Under the pieces are notes generated by a model, which did no database searches, was not told where the DNA came from, and saw nothing but the letters and a program-made list of their open reading frames with translations. A DNA stretch of 64,000 nt from Octopus sinensis (Eukaryota), in assembly GCF_006345805.1 (NCBI RefSeq), contig NC_043013.1, positions 1,674,001 through 1,738,000 on the forward strand, given 5' to 3'. The position numbers and the translations under genes are program-made. Below are positions 25,325-39,049 of this stretch, one piece after another. Within the stretch, counting starts at the first letter, position 1. Each line of letters opens with the position of its first letter.

Positions 25325-28300
25325 AAGCCGACTACGGCTGCTATAATGGTACGATTATAATTGTAACGGCAATGATGGCCGTCTCCCCACGAGCCAATCA
25401 AAGCTAAAAAATGATAACATTATCGTAGCACCAAAATGTTTTTGGAAACTAAAAGGAAAACTAAATCAGTATACCAAATCGCTTGTCCTATGGTTAATCT
25501 GGAAGCGCGTCCCCCAGGGAAGAGCCAGCCTGGGATCGAAAAGTCATCAACTGGCACAAACTCTTCTCCGAATACGGACATGGATGGTCACTTGAACAGG
25601 AAATCCCCCAACTCGAGCCCTCCAAGTTCACCACCACAACCACCACAGAAAGAAAAATGTAAGCGGAACAAATGGACCCGAGAAGAGTATAAAGAAGTAA
25701 TATACGCTTATTACTATGCATTAGGTAGGCCATCTCAAGAGAGACACACCGCAAACTCTTACAGTATATGGAGAACACGGAATCAAGACAGTATGCCCTA
25801 TTTGGACGAGAACAAATTAGCAAATGTGAGGAGGGATATCCTTAGAAATAACAGACTCACAGACAGTGAAATAAGCGCGATCAAGCACGCAACGGAAAAT
25901 GACATAAATATAAGACACAAAGGAAATGTAGAATCAGATGAACAGTATAGCCCGCCACGAGGCTTAATTGAAAGACTGCCATCTGACCGAAGTACGCAAA
26001 AGCCTGAAGATACAAGAAATTCTATTGTACCTGTTAAAGATAGCCAGGAAAACGAAAAAACAACAGTAACTGAAGATCTTGCATTTGCTGAAGAACACAG
26101 AGAGTCTATGGCAGAAATGAGGCAGAAAATCCTGAATACGCTTGAAGTTGTAAGACATACAAGTATGAATGATAGAGAACCACTTCATAAACTCTCAAAT
26201 ACAAACCAAAATAAAAAACAAATCCAAATTGGCAACTATGTAACAAATGAAATAATACGAGAATTAAAACCTGATTTTACTGAGTTAAATGAAATTATTT
26301 ACGCTTCTGCTAGGGCAATTGAAACCAGCTGTATGCCCCCGAAAAAACAAAGGAAACAAAACCTGGGAAGAAATCAAACCTGGAGAAGTAAAATTGAAAA
26401 AGAGATTGAATTTATGAGAGGGGAAATATCAATATTAAATGAACTAATATGTGGAAATGATGTAAGATCCAGAACGGGAAGAAAGATGAAGAGAAAATTT
26501 GGATCCTCACCAAGAGAAGAACTGATATCAATAAAAGAAACGCTGAAACAAAAAGTCCAAGCAAAAGCCCAAAGAATACGAAGATTTGAGAAGAGAAACA
26601 AGTTTTACAAGCAAAATAAGCTGTTCACATCCAATGCCAAAAAATTCTACAGAGAAATAGGGAAGGAGAAAGTAACCGTTAAAGACCCCCCTCCCATGGA
26701 AGAAGTTCAAAACTTTTGGAAAAGGATTTGGAGTGACAAGAAGACGTACAACATAATGCAGACTGGATTATACAAACTGAAGGATCCCACCAAAATTTAC
26801 AACAACAAGCATGGGAAGACATCACAATATCAGACCTAAGAAAGGCACTCACGAAGGCCCATAATTGGAAATCCCCCAGTAAAGATAGGGTGCCAAATTT
26901 CTGGCTCGCATCGCTCCCATGCGCACATGGTAAGCTAGTTCAGCTGCTCAATGGAATTATGAGAGACCCAAAGAAAACACCTGAATGGTTAGCAAGTGGC
27001 ATTACTTACCTACTCCCAAAGAATAACGAAACCAACCTTCCAAAAACTATCGGCCTATAACCTGTCTATCCACCACGTATAAAATCCTAACATCTATCCT
27101 GGTGGAGAAAACATATGCATTCATGGAGAAGAACGATATTTTCCCCATTGAACAAAAAGGGTGCCGCCGTGGCTCTTACGGATGCAAAGATCAACTGCTA
27201 ATCAATCGTATGATCCTTGAGAACTGTCACAACAAGCGCAGAAATCTCAGCACCGCATGGATTGACTATAAAAAGGCCTTCGACAGTACACCGCATCCAT
27301 GGATCTTGAGATCGCTGGACATCTTCAAAATTTCCCCTTTGATTTCAAACTTCCTGAAGCACAATATGTCGTTGTGGAATACGAATCTCCAATTATACCA
27401 CTCTAATGGAGTACTTGCCTCAGAAAATATAAACATCAACTGTGGAATTTTTCAAGGTGACTCACTTTCACCTTTAATATTCTGCATGGCCCTAATACCC
27501 CTTACAAGTGAATTAAACAGAACAGGGTATGGGTATAAAATTGCCAATAAAAAAATAAGCCATCTATTTTATATGGATGACTTAAAACTTTATGGTAAAG
27601 ACGATAATGAACTTGAAGGCCTATTGCGCACCGCGAAAGCATTCAGCGATGACATCGGGATGGAGTTTGGACTTGAGAAGTGTGCCAAGGCCACTTTCCA
27701 GAAAGGGAAAGTGAAGACCACAAATTCAGTCGTGTTAGATGTTGACACAGTCATAAGAGAGCTTGAGCAAGAACAAACATACAAATATTTAGGGATAAAT
27801 GAAGGCTCTGGTATTCAGCATGCAAGCATGAAAGAGAAAATCAGGAAGGAATGTTATAGGAGAGTTCGTGCAGTCCTGAAATCTGAACTAAATGCACGTA
27901 ACAAGGTGTTAGCTATAAATTCCTTAGCAGTTCCAGTTGTTACTTATAGCTACAATGTGTTGAACTGGAATATGAGTGAAGTAAAGAATATAGATAGGAA
28001 AATACGCAAGCTGCTGAGTTGTAATAGGATGCACCACCCAAAGGCAGACGTAGATCGCCTTTACCTTCCAGAGCCCAAGGAGGTCGAGGCCTGATCCAAT
28101 TTGAACTAGCTTACAAAACAACCACAATTGGACTGGCCAAATATCTCGAAATATCGAATGACTGGATGCTAAAGCTCGTGGAAAATCACGAGAGACGAAA
28201 GAAGCTTCATTCTATCATAAAGGAAAGCAAAAGATTTGCTATTGATCTCGTGCAGGATACCCAAACTGAACAACCCGATGGAAGTACGGCAACTATTGTT

Positions 28301-29295
28301 GCAAAGAAGGTGAAAGTGATAGCAATGAAAAAAGCGCACGAGCAATTGGCTGATAGGTGGGAGGAGAAACCTCTGCACGGCAAATATGTGACCCGCAGCA
28401 AACAAGCTGATGTTGACCAGAGGCAAACCCATCAGTGGCTACGGAGCTCAGGGCTAAAAGCAGAGAGCGAAGGTTTCATCCTGGCTGCTCAAGATCAAAG
28501 CCTATTAACCCGGAACTACCAGGCCAATGTGATGAAAAATGGAGCAGACCCAAAATGCCGATTCTGCAACGACATGATTGAAACAGTGGACCACCTAATC
28601 TCTGGATGTAAAGTCTTAGCACCAGTGGAGTATAAATTAAGACATGACAGAGTTGGCCAATATCTCCACTGGCTAATAAGTCGGCATTATAATATCAAAA
28701 CTGCCGACAAGTGGTATAATCACCACCCTGAGGCTGTAACTGAAGGAGAAAATGTAACCATTCTGTGGGACTTTCCAGTACATACAGACCGAACCATCAA
28801 GGCCAATAAACCAGATATTGTTGTGAAAGACCAAAACAATAAAGTTTGCTTATTGATCGACATGAGCATCCCCTGTGATCATAATATCTCAGCGAAAGAG
28901 TTTGACAAGCTCAGAAAATATAAAGACCTACTCATTGAAATTGAGAAAATGTGGCATCTCAAAGCGGTTACAATACCAGTGATCGTAGGAGCACTAGGAA
29001 TGATCAAGAAGGGAACCGAAAATTATATGAGAATGATCCCTGGCTTACCATCCCTGCAAGAAGTGCAAAAGATTGTCTTAACTGGTACATCACACGTATT
29101 GAGAAGAGCATTGTCGATGTGAGAACTGTTGCTGCTCATGTATTTTAATTTAACTTTAAAAAAAAAAAATAAATAAACGAACTACTGAGTTTGGTTTAAT
29201 GGCCTACCAATGTATACTATGAGTTTCTTTGCCCTAGGAGTCGGGAAGACACTCGGCAAGAAATGGAAGCAAATTTGAAAGAAGAAGAAAAAAAA

Positions 29296-29297
<2 letters not shown>
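25325..29297 (+). mobile_element. Near full-length R4/Dong non-LTR retrotransposon; single ORF of about 1,230 aa once three 1-bp gaps are repaired
   Basis: ORF pieces 25436-26839, 27102-28094, 28166-29122. N-terminal KWTREEY domain; RT motifs QKGC..GCKDQLL, WIDYKKAFDS, GIFQGDSLSP, YMDDLKLY; CCHC; RHD..PD..D..K endonuclease; ends in (AAT)n. Confidence 0.95.
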
Positions 29298-29360
<63 letters not shown>

Positions 29361-29379
29361 AAGAAGAAGAAGAAGAAGA

Positions 29380-30500
29380 AAAGAGGGTGGCCGTCGACTT
29401 TTACAACTGGAATTAACAATGAAGATTGCCACAATTGGCCTAGACACCTCCCTGAAAAACTCTGATAACTGGATATTAAAACTTATCTTAAAGCTTGAAA
29501 ACAAGAAAACATCAATACTCAGTAACAAAATAGACAAAGAAATAGCTAAATGAATTCCAAATACAATAAATCTGAGAATTAGAAATACTGGAAATAAGCA
29601 CAGAAAAAGCTAAGCGTAAGAAAACCGGTGCTAAAACTGCTGCCTTTGATATTCTTGATGATAGATGGGAAGAACAATCTCTCAATGACAAATACTCAAA
29701 GAGAGCTAATAATGCCGACGTTGACAAAGCCCTTACCCATCAATGGTTAATGTCTTCTGACTTAAAATCAGAAACGGAAGGGTTTATCATAGTAGCCCAA
29801 GATCAATGCCTACCTGCAAGGTGCCACCAGGCCAACATATTAAAGAACGGCAGTAACCCAACATGTGTACGTAAACAACAAAATGAAACCATTGATCATG
29901 TTGTCTCCATGTGCAGTCTTCTTGCACCTACAGAGTATCTCAACAGACATGATAGAGCAGCACAGTATACTCACTGGGTAATTTGCAAAAATTTGGACCT
30001 TCCCATGATAAAAACTGGTGGAAAAACAAACCACCTCCCGTGCTAGAAAATGACCATATCACACTGGAACTTCACCGTTCAAACTAACTGAAAGATAGAT
30101 GCGAATAGGCCAGACATTATATTTAAGGACTTCAGACAAAAATCATTTATCTCATTGATATGGCTGTCCCAATCGACATAAATGTATCTGTCAAGACCTA
30201 CCAAAAACTGAGCAATATAAAGATCTTGAAATAGAAATTGGCAAAATGTGGAACCTCAACAATAAAACAATACCTGTTGTTATAGGTGACCTAGGAATGA
30301 TAGCAAAAGGGGCTGATTGCTACCTAACTCAGATACCAAGAAGCCCCCAAATGGCAGAAATTCAAAAGATAGTGCTCATGGGAACTGCCCATATCCTACG
30401 TAAAATCCTGTCTATAAAATCTCAAATTTTAAAAGGAACTTATAATTTTCATGTTTTCTTAAACATTCTCTAGAATGTGCAAAACCAAATATATGGCACC
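29380..30500 (+). pseudogene. Degenerate 5'-truncated R4/Dong (C-terminal half)
   Basis: SSDLKSETEGFIIVAQDQ, ETIDHVVSMC, RHD, GTAHILRKILS. Confidence 0.85.
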
Positions 30501-30509
30501 CTAGGCATA

Positions 30510-31831
30510 ACACCAAGTTACGGCTGTAAAGATCAACTAATGATCAATAAAGCCATAACTGAAGACAACCGCAGAAAGAAGAAAGACCTCAGTATGGCCT
30601 GGATCGACTACCGAAAGGCCTTTAATAGAATTCCCCACGCGTGGATCCTCGAAACTAGCCATGAACAAGGTAGCACTAATAATTATAAAATACATAGGAC
30701 ACTCTATGAATAAATGGCAAACAGTGCTACAGCTCCAAACAAAATAACTCGTGAAAACCAAAGCCATCCCCATTAGAAGAGGACTGTTCCAGGGAGACAC
30801 GCTCTCTCCACTTCTTTTCTGCTTGGCACTGATACTTTTATCTGACATACTAAATAGAACTGGATGCGGATACAAAGGTTACAGCAAAACAATTATCAGC
30901 CACCTCTTATATATAGATGACCTAAAACCATACGCTATTAATGATAAACAGTTGGAAACACTACTACAGAGAGTACATGGATTTACTAAAGAAATAGATA
31001 TGAAATTTGGCTTAGCAAAATGTGCCAAAGCAACCTTGAAAAGAGGGAAACTAGTTAAGAGTAGCAACATCGCACTAGATAAAGCCAATGAAATAAGAGA
31101 ATTAGACCAAAATCAGACATACAAATATTTAGGAATCCATGAACCAGATATGATACAACACACACAAATGAAAGAGAAAATAAAGAAAGAATACTATAGA
31201 CGAATTAGTTCAATACTAAAACCAGTGCTCAATGCTAAAAGCAAGAGAATTGGTATTAACACTTTAGCTGTCCCAGTTATAAGTTACAGCTACAATATCC
31301 TTAACTGGACACTAAATGAACTAACCAAAATAGATAGGAAAACAAGAAAAATAATGACAGAATCTAGGATGCACCACCCAAAATCTGACATAGAAAGGCT
31401 ATATATACAACGTATAGAATGTGGTAGAGGCCTTATACAGCTAAAAAATTTATAAAATAACCACCATAGGACTGCAAAAATGCATACTTCAGAAGTAAGA
31501 AAAACTAATACAAATAGCCACAAAACACGAGCAAAACAAAAAAACTGTTTTCAGTATTTAAGGAAGCTGACAAATACAAACAAGAAATCATACCACCTAA
31601 CAAATATGAAGAAGAAGAAGAATCAACAAAAGCTATAAAACAATTGAAAACCAAACTAAAACATGAACAGCAACGGAATATGATAAGACGATGGCAAGAA
31701 AAGCCCTTCATGGCAAATACTGGGCTAAACTAAATGCAAAAGAAATAGAGAAAGAAAAATCCCAGCAATGGTTGAGAAGCTCAGGACTCAAAGCAGAGAC
31801 TGAAGGATTTTTAATTTTAGCACAAGACCAT
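30510..31831 (+). pseudogene. R4/Dong RT fragment of the same subfamily as 32076-35746, in opposite orientation
   Basis: ORF 30751-31455: GLFQGDTLSPLLFC, LLYIDDLK, MHHPKSDIERLY; closely matches the reverse complement of 32801-34123. Confidence 0.9.
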
Positions 31832-32009
31832 GCGTTTCTCCAGCCTTCTTCCCCCAACCTTTCTATTCTTCTGACAGTAAATTCTGGTAAATGCTTTCTG
31901 AAAGCATTCCTGTTAACAGTTTCCACACTAAAGGTAAGCAAGTGATTGGTCTATAATTGATAGCTGTATTACCCTTGCTTTTATCTTTCATAAGGAGTCT
32001 TGTTCTCCC

Positions 32010-32010
<1 letters not shown>
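31832..32010 (-). pseudogene. Short R4/Dong RT N-terminal fragment after (AAT)n
   Basis: GRTRLLMKDKSKGNTAINYRPITCLPLVWKLLTG. Confidence 0.8.
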
Positions 32011-32060
<50 letters not shown>

Positions 32061-32075
32061 CATCATTATTATTAT

Positions 32076-35000
32076 TCAGTAGTTTTATTTTTATAGCGTG
32101 CTTTCACTTCACTACCGAGCGCAGCTCTGTGTGCCTTGGGTATGTGCTGTGATTTGTTGTGATGCTCTGATGGTTATTGTATGGAAAGTGTTCTGCGTAG
32201 GATGTGTGCAGTGCCTAGTAGTGCAATTTTCTGTATGTTATATGTGTTAGTAAGTCCTGGTGTTTTTGTTATGTATTTGTCTGAATATTTTTTTATCATG
32301 CCTAATGCACCTACTATGATAGGAATTGTTTCTGTTTTCAGATTCCACATTCTAGTTACCTCTATTTCCAGGTCTTTGTATTTTGAGAGTTTCTCCATTT
32401 CTTTTAGAGACACGTTGTCATCAGCCGGTATTGATACATCAATTAGAAAGCATTTTTTTTCTTCATGATCTCTGATAACTATATCTGGTCTGTTGGCCTT
32501 AATTCTCTATCTGTGTGTATCGGCATATCCCAGAGTATGGTTGCTTTCTCGTTTTCTGTGACCTTTTCTGGTGTGTGCCTATACCATCTTTTTTCTGTTG
32601 TTATTCCATAATGTTGGCATAGCTTCCAATGTATGTAGGTTCCAACTCTGTCATGTCTGTGAATATATTCCTTCTTAGCCAAGACTGGGCAGCTAGAGAT
32701 AATATGATTTATTGTTTCTTGTCCATCTCCACATATTCTGCAGTTACTTGTAATATTTCTTTTCATTACATGTTTTTGGTAATTTCTGGTGGGGAGGCTT
32801 TGGTCTTGTGCTGCAATTAAAAATCCCTCTGTTTCTGCTTTGAGTCCTGAGCTTCTCAACCATTGCTGGGATTTTTCTTTGTCTATTTCTTTTGCGTTTA
32901 GTTTAGTCCAGTATTTACCATGAAGGGGCTTTTCTTGCCATCGTTTTATCATGGTTCGTTGCTGTTCTATTTTTAGTTTGGATTTCATTTGTTTTATAGC
33001 TTTTGTTGTTTCTTCATCTTCTTCTTCTTCATGTTTATTAGGTGGTATGATTTCTTGTTTGTATTTGTCAGCTTCCTTAAATACTGAGAACAGTCTTTTG
33101 TTTTGCTCGTGTTTTGCCGCTATCTGGATCAGTTTTCCTTCCTTCTGAAGTAGATATTTTTGCAGTCCTATGGTGGTTATTTTATAGTAGTTTTCCAGCT
33201 GTATAAGGCCTCTACCACCTTCTATACGTTGTATATATAGTCTTTCTATGTCAGATTTTGGGTGATGCATCCTAGATCCTGTCATTATTTTTCTTGTTTT
33301 CCTATCTATTTTGGTCAGTTCATTTCGTGTCCAGTTAAGGATATTGTAGCTGTAACTTATAACTGGGACAGCTAAAGTGTTGATACCTATTATCTCGTTT
33401 TTAGCATTGAGCTCTGTGTTTAGTATTGATCTAACTCGTCTATAATATTCTTTTTTTATTTTCTCCTTCATTTGTGTGTGTTGTGTCTTATCTAGTTCAT
33501 GGATTCCTAAGTATTTGTAAGTTTGGCTTTGGTCTAATTCTTTTATTTCATTGGTTTTATCTAGTGTGATGTTGTTACTCTTAACTAGTTTTCCTCTTTT
33601 CAGGGTTACTTTGGCGCATTTTTCTAATCCAAATTCATATCTATTTCTTTGGTAAATCCATGAACTGTCTTTAATAGTGTTTCCAGCTGTTTGTCATTTG
33701 CAGCGTATAGTTTTAGGTCATCCATATATAAAAGGTGGCTGATCGTTTTGCCGTAACATTTATATCCGCATCCAGTTCTATTTAGCATATCAGATAGAGG
33801 TGACAGTGCCAAGCAGAAAAGGAGTGGAGAGAGCGTGTCTCCCTGGAATATTCCTCTTCTAATGGGGATGTCTTTGGTTTTCATGAGTCCCTCTTTTGTT
33901 TGGAGCTGTAGCACTGTTTGCCATTTATTCATAGAGTGTCGTATGTATTTTATAATTGTTGGTGCAACTTTGTTAATGGCTAGTGTTTCGAGGATCCATG
34001 TGTGGGGGATGCTATCAAACGCCTTTTTGTAGTCAATCCAGGCCATACTGAGGCCTTTCTTCTTTCTGTGGCTGTCTTCAGTTATGGCTTTATTAATCAT
34101 TAGTTGATATTTACAGCCATATGAGCCTTTGCAGCATCCTTTCTGCTCTTCTAGAAACAGGTTGTTTTCGTCCAGGTGCTTGTTCAACCTTTGCGATATC
34201 ACTGCAGTAAATGCCTTGTACATTGTACAAGACAGGTTTTTGGTCTGTAGTTTTCTGGTTTTGCTGTCTCATTTGATTTGGGAATTAAGATGATTTTCCC
34301 CTTCGTGAGCCATTCAGGCATTGTCTCTGGCTCTGCCAGTATGTTGTTAAAATTTTCAGCCAGCTTTTTGTGCATTCCTGTTAGATATATCAACCAGAAG
34401 TTGGGGATCTTGTCATGCCCAGGTGCCTTCCAGTTGCTTAGTCTTTGCAGTGCCTGAGTGACCTCTTCAGTTGTTATGGGTGTCCAAAGTTGCTCAGATG
34501 CTGAGTTTGTTGTTTTAATACTCCTTTTTTTTAGTTGTTCGTTCGCCGACCATATTTCTCTCCAGAATTCTTCCACTTCTGCCGTTGGTGCTGCAGTGAT
34601 TTCTATTTTATTTTTGCCAAGTTCTTGGTAGAACTTTTTGGGGTTGGAGTTGAACTTTTTGTTTTGTTCAAAGAAACGTTGGCGTTTCTCGTACCGCCGG
34701 ATCCTTTGTGCTTTGGCAAGGATATCTTGCTTTAGCATTTCTTTTATATCAGATAAATCTTTTTCTGTAGTGTTGTATTTGCGGAGTACTTTTGTTTTCT
34801 TTTTGGTACTCAGTAGCGTTGATTGTCTACTGATTTCATTAAGAATCGACAGATCTTTTCTCATTTTTTGTATTTTGTTTTGGATGTTATTTATCCACAG
34901 GGTTTGTTTGGGTGGTGGTACTCCTGTTTGGATGGGTTTGAGTGAGTATCCAGCTTCTTTTGTGGCTGCAGTGGCTGCTGCGTATACTGAGTCATTTAGC

Positions 35001-35746
35001 TCAGTGATATCGCTTTTTGTTTCAGTGGCTATTAGTTCCGTGACGGCTAGGTTTATGCTGTTTATAATTGGTGTTGTTGTTTCGTCTATTTTGATTTTTG
35101 GGAGGTATGGTCGGTGGTCCATTTTGAGCTCTGTGGTTTTCAGTTCTTTGATTATTCTACTTTTCATAGTTTCATAATCATTAGGCTCCTCTTCGTTGTT
35201 TCCAGATTTTAGATTTGTGTCGCTTTCTATCTCATCCGTATGTTTGTTTGTCGTGTTTTGGCTTGCTGTTTGTCGTGTATTATTATGTATCCTTACGGTC
35301 TGGGTTTGTTGTTTTTTGTTTACATCGTTTTTGTTGGAAATGTTACGCTTGTCTTCGTGTTTTACTGTTTCAGTGTTTATATTATTTGGCATTGTTGTGT
35401 GGCTTCTATCTACATTTTCCTGATGTATTTTTTCTTTTAAATGTTCTATTTCTATTTCTGATATTTTTTTTGCGTTGAGAATATATCTCCATATATTTGC
35501 TAGTTTATTAGGGTTCATTGTTGTATCAAGGTCTTTATTTATGTTATTTTTCTTCCATATTTTGTATGTATGTGTTGTTGTATATTCATTCTTTGGGTAG
35601 AGCACTGCTGTAAAGTAAACGTGTAGGATAGAAATGTATTCCTCACGTGTCCATTTATGTCTTTTCGGTTTTATTTGCGGGACATGAGGAACAACGTCCG
35701 GCCCATTATTTTGACTGTCGTCATTTTCTGAACGACAAGGAGACAT
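32076..35746 (-). mobile_element. Near full-length R4/Dong element of a second subfamily; ORF about 1,190 aa after repairing three 1-bp gaps; 5'UTR missing
   Basis: ORF pieces 34199-35761, 33624-34223, 32479-33471, 32174-32413 with KWTREEY, RT, CRICGDGQETINHIISSC and endonuclease; 3'UTR runs into (AAT)n. Confidence 0.93.
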
Positions 35747-35747
35747 G

Positions 35748-36495
35748 ACCGACAAATGCAAAGCAGCTTGTACCAGAGAGGATTATAGAGATGTGTTGAA
35801 AGCTTTCTATACAGCGCAACTAAACCCAAGCAATAACCTCATAGTACAAACTTACATTTCCTGGAGAAACTTAGTAAGCAATAAAGTACGCAGATATATA
35901 GATGCAAATAAACTAAGTAATGTACGTAGAAACATCATTAAGAATAAAAGGTTAACTGACGCTGAAATTAGCCCAATTAGGACACAAATATGTCATGGTA
36001 GACCGAAAGAAAACAACAACAATGCAGATGAAATAGGTAACAGATGCACAGAACCCAGTGTACGAGCAGTTCATCCCAGCGAGGAAGCTGAAGAGAGAAT
36101 AGTGAAGAACAGACATGCGGAAAAAGAGGAGAAAGTAGACCTCGAGAACACCAGAATAGGTATGACGCAGAATTTGAAGTGAATAATAAAGAGGAGATCA
36201 TAGAAGCAAACGAAGATATTATCAGAGAGATCAGCAAGACTGAGTCTACGGACATCATCAATCGAGTTCCACTGGCAAAGTTCTCAAACAACATAAAAAC
36301 CAACATAATCATGATATATAAAGTTGCTCTTAGATCTTAAGCAATAAGGGAAATGACCTAACAACCTTAAACAACTTCATCTATTCCACTGCTAAAGTTG
36401 TAACTGTTCAACTAGGTATCAGGACAACACGGAAAAGGACCAATCATGTCAATAGAACGCCTAAGTGGAACGTAGCAATACAAAAAGAGATCGAA
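35748..36495 (+). pseudogene. R4/Dong N-terminal fragment of a third subfamily, head-to-head with the previous element
   Basis: KCKAACTREDYRDVLKAFY...ANKLSNVRRNIIKNKRLTDAEI aligns with the N-terminus at 25660-25890. Confidence 0.8.
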
Positions 36496-36499
36496 TCTC

Positions 36500-36901
36500 T
36501 TAACCAGTTGAGCATGTCCCTTAGTGGCTGACGATATGTGTATCTCTGATCACAAGCAGAAGTAATGGGGGAGCATCATAGCCATGTGTTGAGAGGGATT
36601 CTTTGGGGTTTGAATAATTCACCTCTGGAAACATGGGTGGTTCTTTCAACATCCTTAAACAACCCTTATTCAGGGACCTTTTGAGCGGGATGAGCTACTC
36701 AACCTGAAGAAAATTCTAACGGGGCCCCACCTGCAAGGTCATGTGCTGTTTATCTTGATATGAGATCACCATGTCGCGCACATATGGTTGTGATGCATGT
36801 GCCTGGTGTACCCTTATGAGACGGGTAGTCATGATGGGTATATTGGGCTTCGTATATTTTACCCCAGTGTCACTTTGATGGCATGAACTGCTCTCTCACT
36901 C
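36500..36901 (+). mobile_element. (AAT)n-associated ~554-bp repeat, 5'-truncated copy
   Basis: Matches 48555-48956; followed by (AAT)n. Confidence 0.85.
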
Positions 36902-36938
36902 AATAATGTTAATAATAATAATAATAATAATGATGATG

Positions 36939-37001
<63 letters not shown>

Positions 37002-37003
37002 TA

Positions 37004-37044
<41 letters not shown>

Positions 37045-37723
37045 AATACTAATGACTTCATTTATTTGCCACAGGGGCGAAAGATGAGGAAGACAGACAT
37101 AATGTGTGGGACTTTACATATAATGAAATGATAAGAAAGAAGGAAAGAAAGAAAGAAAGTGTACACTGAAAAAGAAGGGGCATTTGCATAGCATTAATAA
37201 TAATTTTTTCTAGGCTAGGTCTTCCTACAGTGACAACATTTTTCCCCCTATCGGAATATGGGGACGCCTTGGAGAGAATGAAGTGTGAGCTGTCTGACCA
37301 ACCGAACATGTGATAATGGCATGTGCTAATGTCGAACAGAATATTATCATATATGATAGAAGACAGGCAGACATTTGCTTCTTTTAACTTTGAAGCAGGT
37401 TTCTTTGTTTGGCTTTTGTTGACGATGAAATTTAATTTCAAAAGGGAGGAGAAAAGACATTTATTTAATTGACTCATAAATCGGTCTCAAACAATAAGAA
37501 CCTCTCTCCCCGCAAATACAAAATTGGTAATCAAAACAGACACGCACCCACATAGACACACATACATGCGCATACACACGTATGCACAACTATACACACA
37601 CTCACCTAGACACACGCAAACACACTAACACATTCACACCTGCACACATATGTATTTATACATATATATATATATATAATATACATATATGTATATAAGT
37701 ATGTATTATGTATGTATGCGCAA

Positions 37724-37774
<51 letters not shown>

Positions 37775-37814
37775 CTCACACATATATATGCATATGTGTA
37801 TGTATGTTTATGTG

Positions 37815-37862
<48 letters not shown>

Positions 37863-38044
37863 TATACATACACGATTAGGTGTATATATGTATTTGAGAT
37901 ATAGATGTCTATACATATTTGTGTATGTATATTTATATACATACATATATATATATACATACATACATCATGCGTACATATATATATGTATACATTTATA
38001 TATATATATTTGCATATCTATCTATGTATGTATCTATCTATCTA

Positions 38045-38078
<34 letters not shown>

Positions 38079-38599
38079 TTCTTTTCCTCTTTTTTTCTTT
38101 GGGTTGCTTTTCTATTGATTTGTTGTTTTTTAACCTTATTTTGAATACAGTGAAAGATTGAAAGTTTTATGGCCTTAAATTATAGGTGACACTTTCGACC
38201 TCTGCTTTTGGCTAGCACGAGGTTGAATGAGCAGCTGTCGTAGCCAGCATCATAAGGACAGGTGACAGATAAACAGATCGTAGGAAAACATTGGCCCCTG
38301 GTGGAAAATTTACTACACATAATTTATGCTGCTACACAGCAATATTTGTTTTCTTAGAAACTGGATGGGTATGAAATAAAATAAAGTAAAAAATAATATA
38401 AAATATATACATGCATGCAAACATTGACGTATGTGTATTTATATCTACGCGTCCATGTATGTGTGTGTGTGCGTGTGTGTGCGTGTGTGTGTATACATGA
38501 TGGATATTCTTATTCCAACCGCTAACTCTACTTACCTATGTATATATATATATATTATATATATATATAATATATATATATATATATGTCTATGTATAC

Positions 38600-38658
<59 letters not shown>

Positions 38659-38931
38659 CATTCATAGATACATATTCTTTTATTCTTTCACTTGTTTCAG
38701 TCATTTGACTGCGGCCATGCTGGGGCACCACCTTTAGCCGAACAAATCGACCCCAGGACTTACTCTTTGTAAGCCTAGTGCTTATCTAATAGGGTTCTTT
38801 CGCCGTGCCGCTAGTTTAACGGAACGTAAACACACCAACAGTACTAGGCTCACAAAAAATAAGTCCTGGGGTCGATTTGTTCGACTAAGCTGGTGCTTCA
38901 GCATGGCCGCAGTCCGATACAAGTATATATA

Positions 38932-39029
<98 letters not shown>

Positions 39030-39049
39030 GACAACTATTCGGTTACCAT

